A stretch of 64,000 bases of DNA from Eledone cirrhosa (GCA_964016885.1 OZ024740.1:201004001-201068000), one strand, 5' to 3'; counted from the first letter of the stretch, positions 13,465-25,560 are shown. The notes: a model not told the origin generated them from the sequence alone. Made by a program: numbers and translations.

Positions 13465-14271
13465 GATGAATATAATTCAATAGAGTGCTCAACCGAGGGA
13501 CTGGTACATATACTTTTGGTTATGTGTATACGGGAGTTTTGCGTCTGTGTGAGTATACGGGTTCGTACGTATGTAGGGTGTGTGTATATGTGTACTTCAT
13601 GTTTTGGTTGACGTGCGTCTCCGAACATTTGTGTATTTAAATGTAGGTATGTGTGCGCGCTTGTTATATACGTATTTATTTATTTATATACGTTTATTTA
13701 ATTATTTATTTATTTGTATATACGCACACACACATATATTTATATGTGCGTGGTTTTGTATACCTATGGCGAGTGTTTTCGCGTATGCTTGTGTATGTAC
13801 GTATTTGCATGCGTATATGTATTTATTTGTATTTATTTAATTTCAATTACCTCTGTATTGTATTTTATTTACTTTATTCTTAACTCTGAAGCGGAAAATC
13901 ATTCGGTTTCCTAGTTTGAATTTTAGTCTACGACTTCAGCTATACCATTTACGTGGTTTTGTCTTTGCGTGCAATTGTTCTCCACGATCCACATATGACG
14001 TATTATCTTCGTTTTTTCCGTTCATTGCCAGAGAACGTCTCTATGAACCCCCTAAGAGAACATTAGTCAACGACTTCTTTTATACCATAAACGTGGTTCT
14101 GTCTTTGCGTGTAATCGTTTTTCACCGCTCCTATTAATGACGTATTATATTCGTTTTTTCCCGTTCTTTACAAGGGAACGTTTACACGAACCAAAGTATC
14201 GTCTCCCTGTCTTCCTCCGGTTGCAAGGTTTTTTGAAATATCCACTTCTGCGTTTACAGATTGAGTTTGTT

Positions 14272-14322
14272 AGTTTCAGAAGATCCCATTAAGGGTGAAA
14301 GCAGCGATTCTTTGCTTAAACT
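14272..14322 (+). ncRNA. Hammerhead-like motif with U4A core
   Basis: Inverted copy of 10344-10394. Confidence 0.65.
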
Positions 14323-14446
14323 TTAATCTGTTATTTTAATAAATATTTGCTCTACGGTTCTTATATATTTGATATATATTTATCCTTATCGACCCTCTTT
14401 GGATTTTAGTCTTCAAATTTATTATTATTACTATCTATATATATAT

Positions 14447-15172
14447 AAACGGAAAAGATTTCATTTCCCACACTTAGTACGGCTGTTACTTAAATATAAG
14501 TATGTACACGTACATACATATATGTATACAGACGTACAGTAGTATGTATATATATATATATACATGCACACATATATATATGTACGTATGGATTCACCGA
14601 ACATTTATTATAATGCTCGGTGTGTTTGTAAACAAACATCCCGTATTAAGCCGTAGTGTCCAGCAACCATCGTTGCTCGTTTGTTCAACACTGACAAAGA
14701 AACGCTGTACTAGTTTCAAGCTTATTAGCTATCGTCAGCAACGTATACCTTCCTGCCAGATTGTTGAACGTATATACTTACCTTATGCATATTAACGGCT
14801 GAGTAGCCCAATTTTCTTATCGAGTGGGTTAATCGGCCGGGTGCACCGAAAACGATAAACGGATAAAATGAAACGAAATTTCATTTCCCACTCTTAGTAC
14901 GGCTGTTACTTAAATATAAGTATGAACACGTACATACATATATGTATACAGACGTACAGTAGTATGTATATATATATACATACATGTACACATATATATA
15001 TGTACGTATGGATTCACCGAACATTTATTATATGCATGTATGTATATATATATATACATACTACTGTACGTCTGTATACACATATGTATTCACCGAACAT
15101 TTATTATATGCATGTATGTATATATATATACTACTGTACGTCTGTATACATACATGTATGTACGTGTACATA

Positions 15173-15178
<6 letters not shown>
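14447..15178 (-). mobile_element. ~420-bp tandem non-coding HHR family (retrozyme-like)
   Basis: tcatttccca..cttagtacggctg recurs at 14461 and 14881; other copies at 21778-22325, 32118-32547 and 53620-53885. Confidence 0.85.
14702..14744 (-). ncRNA. Minimal type-I hammerhead ribozyme
   Basis: acgttg-CTGACGA-tagct-aata-agctt-GAAA-ctag-TA-cagcgt. Confidence 0.85.
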
Positions 15179-15233
<55 letters not shown>

Positions 15234-15274
15234 ATAATAATAAATTTGAAGACTAAAATCCAAAGAGGGCTCTG

Positions 15275-15325
15275 AGTTTCAGAAGATCCCGTTAAGGGTG
15301 AAAGCTGCGATTCTTTGCTTAAACT
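15275..15325 (+). ncRNA. Third copy of the U4A hammerhead-like motif, in a short inverted/direct pLTR piece
   Basis: Matches 14272-14322; 15231-15272 is an inverted copy of 14392-14432. Confidence 0.6.
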
Positions 15326-15362
15326 TTAATCTGTTATTTTAATAAATATATATATATATATT

Positions 15363-15590
15363 TTAGAAAGTGAGGGTTTTTTTACAAAATGAAAACTAAC
15401 CGAGGTGTTCTACACGAGTGAAAGTATAAAGAAAAAAAGTTGAAATCGAAAATGCAACTGGAGTCTTATTTTTAAAAATATATATATATTTATTTGGTTC
15501 CTTTGGGATCCCAAAGGAACCAAATAAATATATATATATATTTTTAAAAATAAGACTCGAGTTGCATTTTCGATTTCATCATTTTTTCTC
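15363..15590. repeat. Fold-back palindrome of a pLTR family, centred on gggatccc (15505-15512)
   Basis: Arms match the sequence 3' of the HHR at 53434-53471. Confidence 0.85.
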
Positions 15591-15651
15591 TCTCTCTATA
15601 TATATATATACATATATGTATATTAACACTCATACACACACACATACACAC

Positions 15652-15715
<64 letters not shown>

Positions 15716-15963
15716 ATCTGGCTATGTATGCCTATTTATTACTCGCTGAACACATAACCACCAAATGTAGAAAAAGAAATAAAAAATAACGACGAACAGA
15801 AAAATTATTTATAAATATCAACAATAAACAAGTCTTTCTACAAAATTGAACTTAAAATACACAGAATTGATCGATATATACATACACTCACGCGCACATA
15901 TATTATATATATATATACATGTGTGTTTGTGTATATATATGTGTGTGTGTGTGTGTGTGAGTG

Positions 15964-15996
<33 letters not shown>

Positions 15997-16019
15997 ATAT
16001 ATGTGTGTGTGAGTGTATG

Positions 16020-16050
<31 letters not shown>

Positions 16051-16056
16051 CTGTGA

Positions 16057-16107
<51 letters not shown>

Positions 16108-17592
16108 TATATTGCAGAATTGCCACTAGAAACAATAAAACCAGATACAAATACAGGAACGATGGTATATAGATGATGTATAAATATGGTAACATGAAGT
16201 GGAGAACAACTCGGTGGTCAATGGACGCCGAAATAGAGCTAAACAGTTTCAACTCCTCCCAATAATACTGCTGGTCCAATCGGGGTAACAATGTCTAGCT
16301 AAAGATACATACTCTCTTGATCTATTTTAAATGACGGGGAACAAGACTAAAATACATTAAAAGCTGCAGAATTGAACGATAAATTAAACAAAACGAATCT
16401 AATCTAATCTGGCCGAGTTTACACTCGGAAATAAAAAGAACCAGGGCCGCCCCAAGGAGCATTGTATTTGGTGTACTTCATATTTGTTTTGGTTGCTGAA
16501 TACAATTAGAGGTCGCCGCTTCTCCTGAATCTCAATAGTTATCTTCTAACTCGAGCTGGAGTGCCTTTCCATTATCAATTTGCATTGATCATCTGCAAAG
16601 CCGCATTGTTCTCAGAACCACTACACCAGTCTTTCAATTCGTGCAGTTGGAACTACTGCCTCCCATTGATTTGGCAGAATTTTTTTTTTTTTTTTGATGG
16701 CCGTTGACTCTAACGAGTTCTTCCACCCTTAGTCAGCTTTTGTATTTTGTCCTGCAGGGTGTCCAAAATCACCCTCCTCACCAACAAAACAGAACGAGAC
16801 GAAACTTACGTGAAATTACATAGCGGTGTCAAAATAAATAAATAGAAAAAAAGAAAAGTTCCTTATTTAACCCTTTAGCATTGAAACAGGCCGTATACGG
16901 CCAGAATTCTCTCCCCTATAACTAACCACTCATACGGATGATAAGGTATTTTTCTCAAAATCAATAATATCAAAATCTCATAGATACAATATTATGTGAG
17001 GTTAAACCGTTACCGTGAAAATATAATAGTAAATACAATAGTATATAGAGATTAATGTAAATGCTAAAGCGTTAAATCTAGTAATGTATCAAGGTGGATT
17101 AATTTCCCAGTTAAACTGAGAGACACAACATAAAAAAACACATTGAGTAGGTGACGCAGAGAGGAGAATAAATACCTTTAATGTGAAATACCTACTCATT
17201 GTCATCCAACACGGTGACCCTATAGCTTTCAGGCGTGGTAAGCTACTGGCTCACCAGTTGTATTTTGATGTAAGCCATATATTCTCCTTCGTCGTACAAT
17301 GTTCACAGTTGTAGCGGTTGCCAATTTTGAAAGATTATCTGAACGCTGGTCACGCTATTCCTCCATCTTATCGTTGAGTTGTTTACTACTGTATATATTT
17401 ATATATATATATGTGTGTGTATGTCTGTCTGTCTGTTTGTGTGTGTCTCTCTCTCTCTATTTCTCTTTATATATATATATATAATTATTATAAATGTAAG
17501 CTATCGCCGTATTTTGACTAAAGAAATTAAAGAAATTATTTAGCCTGATAGTGGGGTTAAGAACCCTCGGAGAAGTGGTAAAAGATGAGTAT

Positions 17593-17664
17593 TGACGTAC
17601 ATGGGAGACGAACCCACATCTTTGGTTATTCAGACCACTGTGCTACCATTTACACCAACACATC
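17593..17664 (-). tRNA. tRNA-derived module (anticodon loop CTGAATA); pseudo-tRNA or SINE head
   Basis: 72-nt cloverleaf; A-box TGGTGTAAATGG; B-box GGTTCGTCTCC. Confidence 0.6.
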
Positions 17665-17790
17665 ACCCGGTGTTTTCCATTCAAATTAGAAGCTATAAAC
17701 TTAGCGACTGTAATGTCAAGTAAGAAATATTCTTACTTGACATTACAGTCGCTAAGTTTATAGCTTCTAATTGAATGGAGAGAGACGGGT

Positions 17791-17862
17791 GATGTGTTGG
17801 TGTAAATGGTAGCACAGTAGTCCTGATAACCAAAGATGTGGGTTCGACTCCCATGTACGTCA
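17791..17862 (+). tRNA. tRNA-derived module
   Basis: GATGTGT/GTACGTC acceptor stem, GTGT/GCAC D-stem, GTGGG-TTCGACT-CCCAT T-arm. Confidence 0.65.
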
Positions 17863-18052
17863 GTACTCATCTTTTTACATTTCTCCGAGGGTTCTTAACC
17901 CCACTATCAGGCTAAATAATTTCTTTAGTCAAAATACGGCGATAGCTTACATTTCTAATAATTTCAAACCCACTCGCTGTTTCGAAAATATTCTTACTTG
18001 ACATTACAGTCGCTAAGTTTATAGCTTCTAATTTGAATGGAAAGAGACGGAT

Positions 18053-18124
18053 GATGTGTTGGTGTAAATGATAGCACAGTGGTCCGGATAACCAAAGTTG
18101 TGGGTTCGATTCCCATGTACGTCA
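18053..18124 (+). tRNA. tRNA-derived module
   Basis: Tandem copy; anticodon loop CCGGATA. Confidence 0.6.
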
Positions 18125-18314
18125 GTACTCATCTTTTTACATTTCTCCGAGGGTTCTTAACCCCACTATCAGGCTAAATAATTTCTTTAGTCAAAATACG
18201 GCGATAGCTTACATTTCTAATAATTTCAAACCCACTCGCTGTTTCGAAAATATTCTTACTTGACATTACAGTCGCTAAGTTTATAGCTTCTAATTTGAAT
18301 GGAAAGAGACGGAT

Positions 18315-18386
18315 GATGTGTTGGTGTAAATGATAGCACAGTGGTCCGGATAACCAAAGTTGTGGGTTCGATTCCCATGTACGTCA
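18315..18386 (+). tRNA. tRNA-derived module
   Basis: Tandem copy of 18053-18124. Confidence 0.6.
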
Positions 18387-18595
18387 ATACTCATCTTTTT
18401 ACATTTATCCGAGGCTTCTTAACCCCACTATCAGGCTTAATAATTTCTTTAATTTTTTTAGTCAAAATACGGTGATAGCTTACATTTTTAATAATTTCAA
18501 ACCCACTCGCAGTTTCTAAAATATTCTTAATATATATAGATATATATATAAATATATATATGCGAGAAAAACCACAAACCCTCCATCTCAATCCT

Positions 18596-18633
18596 ACTTT
18601 TGAAAAGCATAAGAACTGTGAAACCGGTAAAGG
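18596..18633 (+). ncRNA. Minimal hammerhead, U3-A8 variant
   Basis: ctt-TTGAAAA-gca..tgt-GAAA-ccgg-TA-aag. Confidence 0.7.
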
Positions 18634-18813
18634 AAACAAATAAATATTTTTAAAAAGACTCCAGTTGCATTTTCGATTTTATCATTTTTCCTTATACTTT
18701 CACTCGTGTAGGTCATGTGGTTTTTTTTTTCATTTAAAAAAAAAACTCATTTTCTTGTATATATATATATATATTATATATATATATTATATACACACAT
18801 ATATATATTATAT

Positions 18814-18863
<50 letters not shown>

Positions 18864-19010
18864 TCAGGTTATCAATAATGTAGTGATATCGTCACGTTAG
18901 AGATGAACAGCGTACGTGTAGGTTTGCTCAACGAGTATAAATTATATTCCGGAGAAAATGTAGAAAAGATGAATATAAAATGAAAGTGCTTTTATAAAGG
19001 AATTTATTAG

Positions 19011-19130
19011 GTATTGACATATGTTTTTGTAACAGACGGAATACCTATGTATCGCTGCTTGCGTAATCATATAATGTTAGCAAGTATTCGATAGCAAATG
19101 TATAATCAGTTGTCACTTCTTCAGAGATAT
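19011..19130 (-). ncRNA. Long-helix-II hammerhead, decayed (GAAA to AAAA)
   Basis: Inverted copy of 21405-21525. Confidence 0.5.
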
Positions 19131-19595
19131 TGGATAAATTGGAAAAAATCAGAAAAATTGAAGTATTTATATTAGTTGTAAGAAAGGTAGAAGAGAGGGG
19201 ATAGTATATGACAGATGGCAATTCAATTTACTGGTAAACAAGTATATAAAAGATTTCTAATGAGAATACAATGAGTATATGGCTTGTTTTATCTAAATAA
19301 GAATTTTGGGGAGTGCCTATTTTAATCTATACTTGACCAATTGAACAATGGAGAGGGCTGGTCGTTTGGTGTAGTAGTATTAATACATATAAAGTGTCAA
19401 TTAAGGAAGAGGGAGATTTTCACTGCTACTGTATAACAACAATGCTGGTAGCCTGCTGGTATATGCATTAAGGAATTGAATTAAGAAATCTCATTTTATC
19501 TATAGCAGTTTATATTAAATGGTAAAGAATAGAAGAGTTGATAGAGAGAATGTTAATATGTATTTTGACAATCAAACGGAGATGGAGACAGGCGT

Positions 19596-21222
19596 TCAAT
19601 CCTGGTAGTGTTTGTAATATGAAAATGTAGATTTCAAGCGATGGTTACAGTATAACGATCGCTCTATTCTGTTATTTAATAAAATATTTTTGGATTTCAT
19701 AATACAAAATAATTCCATATTACACAATTAACAAAATTCCTGTCCGTGGGTGGATATACGCAGGGGCAGTGCTATTATATCCCATTTTAGGTTAAATTGT
19801 TGGTTATTTTCGCGCAGCTGCCAAGCCTTGTCTGCGAGTGTTGTTACATAACGCTGGTTTTCATGTTTTATCGAGTAACGATGTCTATAAAGGCGAGATT
19901 TGAAGGAGGTAGCTGTAGACCCCACATAGTACCACTTCTGGCTATCCGATTCGATAGTACATTTGTATATGATGTTGCGTTCAAGACACTGATTGTTCAA
20001 CAGACACATTCCTGGTTGGACACAGTTACAGTTATAATTTTGCGTTGTTGTATTGGCATGGATGGGTTGATGAGTTTGCTTAGGTAGGACGGGATGTTGT
20101 TTGTTGTTTTGTGATGTTATAGCCGATGTTTTATGTGTATTGTTATGTGTTGGAAGGCGTTTATACAACCGTTTTGCGTTAAGCTTTTTTATATGTTGTT
20201 CAATATTAAGGGCGGTTGAATATGAAAGTCGAATAGTGTTAAGGTTTAAGATTTTATTATATTTATGTGATGTTGGAAAGTGTTTTTTAACTAATCGAAA
20301 GAATTGTGAGGGTAGATTGGTTTTAATAGAGTTGTTATAGACCGGGTTGTACCATATATAGTCTTTACATCGCCTTCTGTTTGGTGGTGTGCTACTATTA
20401 GTGTATTTATTGCGGTAGTGTATGTATGGTGGTGATTCTATGCTATTTCTAACTCTATGAGATTTATTTTGGGTGTTTTGGTGATCGTCGACTATATACT
20501 CTATATTATCTAGGTGTCCAGCCTTCCTAAGTGCATCATCATAATATTCAGCATGTTCTTTGAAGGTTTGCTGGTTTGACGACAGGCGGGAGATTCTAAG
20601 GGAAATATTTCTAGGGATGGATTTAATTATAGAGGGTGGATGGTTAGAACCCGTATTTACATATTTAATGTTCTCATTTAGTTTATGGAACGGTTTAATC
20701 GTTTCTGTATTGAGATTCAAAGTAACATCAAGGAAATTAACCTCTTTGAGGTTATATTCAAATGTAATATTTAATCCTAGTTCCTTAAAAAGCTTTCTAA
20801 TATTTTTACGCATCCTTTCTAAATTTTGGTTATTCACATGCTTAACTAATAGGAGCGCATCGTCACGGTAGATTCCACCGTGGAGATCCTTGAATTTTCC
20901 TTGTACTCTGTGGGTGATATAAATTCCCACAAGATCATTTACTTCCGCCGAATCATTGGAACCCATAGTAATATCAAAATTAGAAGGTCTATCTTTGCGA
21001 ACCCAGTAGCTATCATCAAATTTAACAATAGTTTTCCTCGCTTCCATAATAATACTAATTTCAGCATCCGTAAGGTCGGAATTAGCCTTAGCGAACGAAA
21101 GAGCTTCATGCAGAGTATCAGGTGAAATTGAGGAATAATATTCATCAATATCGAACTTAATAAATTTTGATTTCTTCTTATCAGTAATGCTATTAAACCC
21201 TCTTATTGCCTCGTGGGTGTTA
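19596..21222 (-). pseudogene. PLE RT plus GIY-YIG, with a premature TAA inside the C-terminal CxxC
   Basis: FDIDEYYSSI, FDITMGS, GIYRDDAL, SNHP, CNCVQPGMC, IYKC..YVGST; the frame continues C*LC...CNH. Confidence 0.92.
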
Positions 21223-21404
21223 CCCCAAAAATTCTTATTTAGATAAAACAAGCCATATACTAATTGTATTCTCATTAGAAACCTTTTATATACTTGTTTA
21301 CCAGTAAATTGAATTGCCATCTGTCATATACTATCCCCTCTCTTCTTCCTTTCTTACAACTAATATAAATACTTCAATTTTTGTGATTTTTTCCAATTTA
21401 TCCA

Positions 21405-21525
21405 ATATCTCTGAAGAAGTGACAACTGATTATACATTTGCTATCGAATACTTGCTAACATTATATGATTACGCAAGCAGCGATACATAGGTATTCCGTC
21501 TGTTACAGAAACATATGTCAATACC
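21405..21525 (+). ncRNA. Hammerhead with ~90-nt helix II domain
   Basis: CTGAAGA-agtgaca...tgttaca-GAAA-catatg-TC; helix I is weak. Confidence 0.6.
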
Positions 21526-21564
21526 TAATAAATTCCTTTATAAAAGCACTTTCATTTTATATTC

Positions 21565-21640
<76 letters not shown>

Positions 21641-21682
21641 AAGAGTATATAGTTAAAATATGCATATCTTTTATCTTCAAAT

Positions 21683-21770
21683 TCCCGACTGTACAGTTTT
21701 ACTGACGTCTATGCAGCCAAAGTGCAACTAAAGTGCACCGGGGCCATGAGGCTGGCGGTTTCTCAAGAGA
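21683..21770 (-). ncRNA. Decayed U3-A8, long-helix-II hammerhead
   Basis: tctc-TTGAGAA-...-AAAA-ctgtacag-TC-ggga (G12 mutated). Confidence 0.55.
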
Positions 21771-21777
21771 CCCATTA

Positions 21778-22325
21778 ATGAAACCCATACGTACATATAT
21801 ATATGTGTGCATGTATGCATATATATACATACTACTGTACGTCTGTATACATATATGTGTGTACGTGTACATACATACTTACACTTAAGTATCAGCCGTA
21901 CTAAGAGTGAGAAATGAAATTTCGTTTCATTCTTTTCCATTTATCGTTTTCGGTGCGCCCAGCCGTCTAACTTACTCGATATTCAAATTAGCCTGCTCAG
22001 CCGTTAATATGCATAAGGAAAGTATATACTTTCAGACGTTCAACCATCTGACAGGACGGTATACGATGCTGACGATAGCTAATAAGCTGGAAACTAGTAC
22101 ATCTTTCCTGTGTCATTGTTGAACAAAAAGGCGACGATGGTTGCCTGAACACTGTAAGGCGTAATTCGGGCTGTTTGTTTGTTTACAAACAAATCGAACA
22201 TTATAATAAATGTTCGGTAAACCCATACGTACATATATATATGTGTGCATGTATGTATATATATATACGTACTACTGTACGTCTGTATACATATATGTAT
22301 GTACGTGTACATACATACTTACCCT
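21778..22325 (+). mobile_element. ~440-bp-period copy of the 420-bp HHR family
   Basis: aacccatacgtacat recurs at ~21782 and ~22220; homologous to 14447-15178. Confidence 0.8.
22065..22103 (+). ncRNA. Minimal type-I hammerhead ribozyme
   Basis: gatg-CTGACGA-tagct-aata-agctg-GAAA-ctag-TA-catc. Confidence 0.85.
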
Positions 22326-22440
22326 TATATATATATATATTTCCTTCGAATGAAACAGTTCTAGTTCTGTAGAAACCATATATATATATATATTATTCAA
22401 AATATTAATAAATGGATACATTCACATAATCAAAATATAT

Positions 22441-22504
22441 GTTTTATTATATATATTTCGGAGGTACTGTGCTGTTTTTCAGTACGTCCTCATCAGATAA
22501 AATA
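22441..22504 (-). ncRNA. Minimal type-I hammerhead ribozyme
   Basis: Inverted copy of 22593-22658. Confidence 0.85.
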
Positions 22505-22592
22505 CATAAATCGATGTATGACATACCTCAAGACTGCCAACACTGGAATTGAACCATCAGCACAATTGAGGTATGTCATACATCAATTTATG

Positions 22593-22658
22593 TATTTTAT
22601 CTGATGAGGACGTACTGAAAAAACAGCACAGTACCTCCGAAATATATATAATAAAACA
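22593..22658 (+). ncRNA. Minimal type-I hammerhead ribozyme
   Basis: ttttat-CTGATGA-ggacgtactg/cagtacctcc-GAAA-tatata-TA-ataaaa. Confidence 0.87.
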
Positions 22659-22881
22659 TATATTATGTTAATGTATCCATTTATTAATATTTTGAATAAT
22701 ATTAATAACTCCAGAAAACTTCATATGTTGAGTGATTTTAATCTATTGTAAAACTATATTCATTGAATAATCAATGAACCTTGTTTAACGTCTGGTTATA
22801 TATATATATAAAGAAAAAAAGATGAAATCGAAAATGCAACTGGAGTCTTATTTTTAAAGAAATATATATATTTATTTGGTT

Positions 22882-22919
22882 CCATTACCGGTTTCGTAGT
22901 TCTTCTGCTTTTCAAAAGT
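22882..22919 (-). ncRNA. Minimal hammerhead, U3-A8 variant
   Basis: TTGAAAA-gcag..ctac-GAAA-ccgg-TA. Confidence 0.65.
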
Positions 22920-22945
22920 GAAGTTGAGATGGAGGGTCTGTGGAT

Positions 22946-23033
<88 letters not shown>

Positions 23034-23035
<2 letters not shown>

Positions 23036-23853
23036 TATTAATGAGTTCAAAACTCAGGCAGTCCTTTACAATGAAATAGCTCAATGAAAGAAGTATTTCT
23101 GAGCCGTGTAATACAAGTTAATATAAATTAATATATTTGATAAACACAAATACCAACATATCCATGTTTGTATTGTAAATGACTAAGTTAGCTAGATTGA
23201 AAAATACTAATTATAATAATATAGTTTGCCTGTCTCGATTTAAAATAATAAATCAATAAAAGCAAAGTATATTGGCAAATGGCCGTGGTGCTTGGACAAA
23301 TTTAAATTTGAAAATCAAACCTGTTCCGTAGACAGGTTTAAACCTTAAAGTCCAAATATGTTTCGAAAAATGAAAAAGTGGAACAAATACCGCATTAATA
23401 GTATCACTGCTCCTTACGTAGAGCTGAATTTAGCCCCATATAAACGGCTGTTATTTCTAGCAGCACGAGTATGCGGTAGCTAGACACTGGATAACCATGT
23501 GGAAAACCATGTGCGTTAAACAGTCTTTTTAAATATTTTGAAGTGAAACATACCAATTTTTCTGTGCTTGCTGAGGAGATATAAATGCGGTATTTGTTCC
23601 ACTTTTTCATTTTTCGAAACATATTTGGATTTTAAGGTTTAAACCTGTCTACGGAACAGGTTTGATTTTGAAATTTAAATTTGTCCAAGCACCACGGCCA
23701 TTTGCCAATATACTTTGTTTTTATTAATTTATTATTTTAAATCGAGACAGGCAAACTATATTATTATAATTTAGCTAACTTAGTCATTTACAATACAAAC
23801 ATGGATATGTTGGTATTTGTGTTTATCAAATATATTAATTTATATTAACTTGT
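23034..23853. mobile_element. Inverted-repeat element (arms ~23111-23395 and ~23584-23853) in (TA)n
   Basis: ~275-bp arms; PLE-type architecture. Confidence 0.8.
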
Positions 23854-23874
23854 ATATATATATATATATATATG

Positions 23875-24536
23875 GGAGTATAAGCCAGACACACACAAAA
23901 AAATATTTTAGTTAGTCTCGCTTATATAAAGATCAAAGATCTCCCTACCATGGTTTCGCTTGTGGAAGAAACAATTTATTGGATATACCAATAATTGAAG
24001 AATCTGCAATACTCTTCACTGTAGTTTAATTTTTCAAAACCAAGAAATAATACATACCGTTTCAATTGCCGAGGCAGCATGTTGTCCAAAATACACGTTG
24101 TGTTATTGAAGTATTAGATGATCAAATATCTCTTAATCATTAAGATTTCGCGACAGGCTTATAATGCCGCTGGAAATAACAGCCAAAAAACCATCTAATA
24201 CAACTCGACAAATTAAAAAGTAGTTTAATATTAATTAAAGGTTAATTAGTTCTAATATTTAAACATCTCAAACAGTGGATAAAATATATAGATAAGATAA
24301 GAGAAGCAATAATTCATACTGAATTCTAAGTGAGAAAAACTATTTATGAGGGTGTAAGCCAGGCAGACAAAAGACAATTTTAGTTTTATATAAACGAGAC
24401 TAATAAATAATTTGTTGTGTCTGCCTGGCTTATAAATTTAATATGCAATATTGCTTCTCAGAGTGATATCTTATCTATATATTTTATCAACTCATGGAGA
24501 TGTTTAAGTATTAGAGACTAATTAATCTTTAATTAG

Positions 24537-24537
<1 letters not shown>
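23875..24537. repeat. Older imperfect fold-back element
   Basis: 24225-24537 folds about ~24390; 23878-23930 is an inverted copy of 24385-24433. Confidence 0.6.
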
Positions 24538-24571
<34 letters not shown>

Positions 24572-24664
24572 GTGTGTGTGTGTGTGTGTGCGTATGTGTG
24601 TGTGTATGTGTGTGTGTGTGCGTGCGTGTGCGCGTGTGTGTGTCTGTGTGTATATGTATATATA

Positions 24665-24740
<76 letters not shown>

Positions 24741-24845
24741 CATTCAAACTCATAAAAGCGCCAATTTTGATACCTCTTCTACTCTGAGGTGTGGTCAATA
24801 TTGAGCCTTGAAACCTCGATTAGCGCTTTTGTTCCGTGCATGAAC

Positions 24846-24902
<57 letters not shown>

Positions 24903-24907
<5 letters not shown>

Positions 24908-25350
24908 ATCATGTCCTTAGAATTATTAGATAAAATATATACCATTTCCTCTCCCAATTAGCATAATTAACCATATAAAAAAATCAATTAGACCAGGCTA
25001 TAAGAATAAAGGCCCCTATGAAGAAATATTTGATAAATAACCGAACTCTTCGCGGTGACCCCAATAGAGTATTTACCCAACATTTCAACAGCATGTAGAA
25101 ACTGACTAAATATACGGTCAACCATACACAATTAGGAGCCTTTATTCTTATAGCCTGGTCTAATTGATTTTTTTATATGGTTAATTACGATAATTGGGAG
25201 AGGAAATGGTATATATGTTATCTAATAATTCTAAGGACATGATTTATGATATATTGCTCTGATTATTTAATTCATTAATTCTTCATTGAGCCACAACGTG
25301 ACCGGTTGCCACATATATATCTGTGACTTTATGTATATGTAAATCTTTAT
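24903..25350 (+). mobile_element. Inverted pLTR piece of the 686-bp family
   Basis: Arms 24903-25012 and ~25138-25250; similar to 2420-2660. Confidence 0.75.
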
Positions 25351-25560
25351 ATATATATATAGAGAGAGAGAGATAGATATAACTAGAGAGAGAGACAGTA
25401 TGTGGTGCTGAGACCGGGGAGACCACTAATCATAGGAGTACTCAAAGCATGGGGAAGTGCAGAGTGGGTATATAGGTATGTAAAACCCCGACAGTGGCGC
25501 CAGGCGGTTTCAGTTTGTGTATTCAGCAAGCCGAACCGGTTGGCACCGTTGTCGGGATAT

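Larger units (their letters stand above)
10326..14432 (-). mobile_element. Near full-length Hydra-type PLE with ~840-bp inverted pLTRs (10326-11165 and 13501-14341)
   Basis: Long inverted arms flank the RT-EN coding region; (TA)n on both sides. Confidence 0.92.
17483..18528 (+). mobile_element. 262-bp tandem repeat (3 units) plus one inverted unit, each carrying a tRNA-like module, in (TA)n
   Basis: ttcttacttgacattacag at 17730, 17991 and 18253; inverted arm 17483-17727. Confidence 0.88.
18860..21572 (-). mobile_element. 5'-truncated Hydra-type PLE with inverted pLTR (arms ~18962-19310 and ~21224-21572)
   Basis: Inverted arms flank the RT-EN ORF; (TA)n flanks. Confidence 0.9.
22392..22795. 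repeat. Fold-back pLTR (arms 22392-22531 and 22566-22701) with opposed HHRs
   Basis: Near-perfect inverted repeat in (TA)n. Confidence 0.88.

Noticed and set aside
17540-17590. CTGATAG...GAGAA as a hammerhead in the tRNA-bearing repeat
   Set aside because: The core deviates and no helix I or III can be formed
17593-18386. Functional tRNA gene cluster
   Set aside because: Anticodon loops differ between near-identical copies, the stems have many wobble or mismatched pairs, and the modules sit inside a repeat
17730-18528. CRISPR-like array
   Set aside because: Whole units repeat with no unique spacers, the context is eukaryotic, and there are no cas genes
21223-21320. N-terminus of the 530-aa ORF as a real start
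   Set aside because: It is read-through from the antisense inverted pLTR arm; the same applies to 7811-7854
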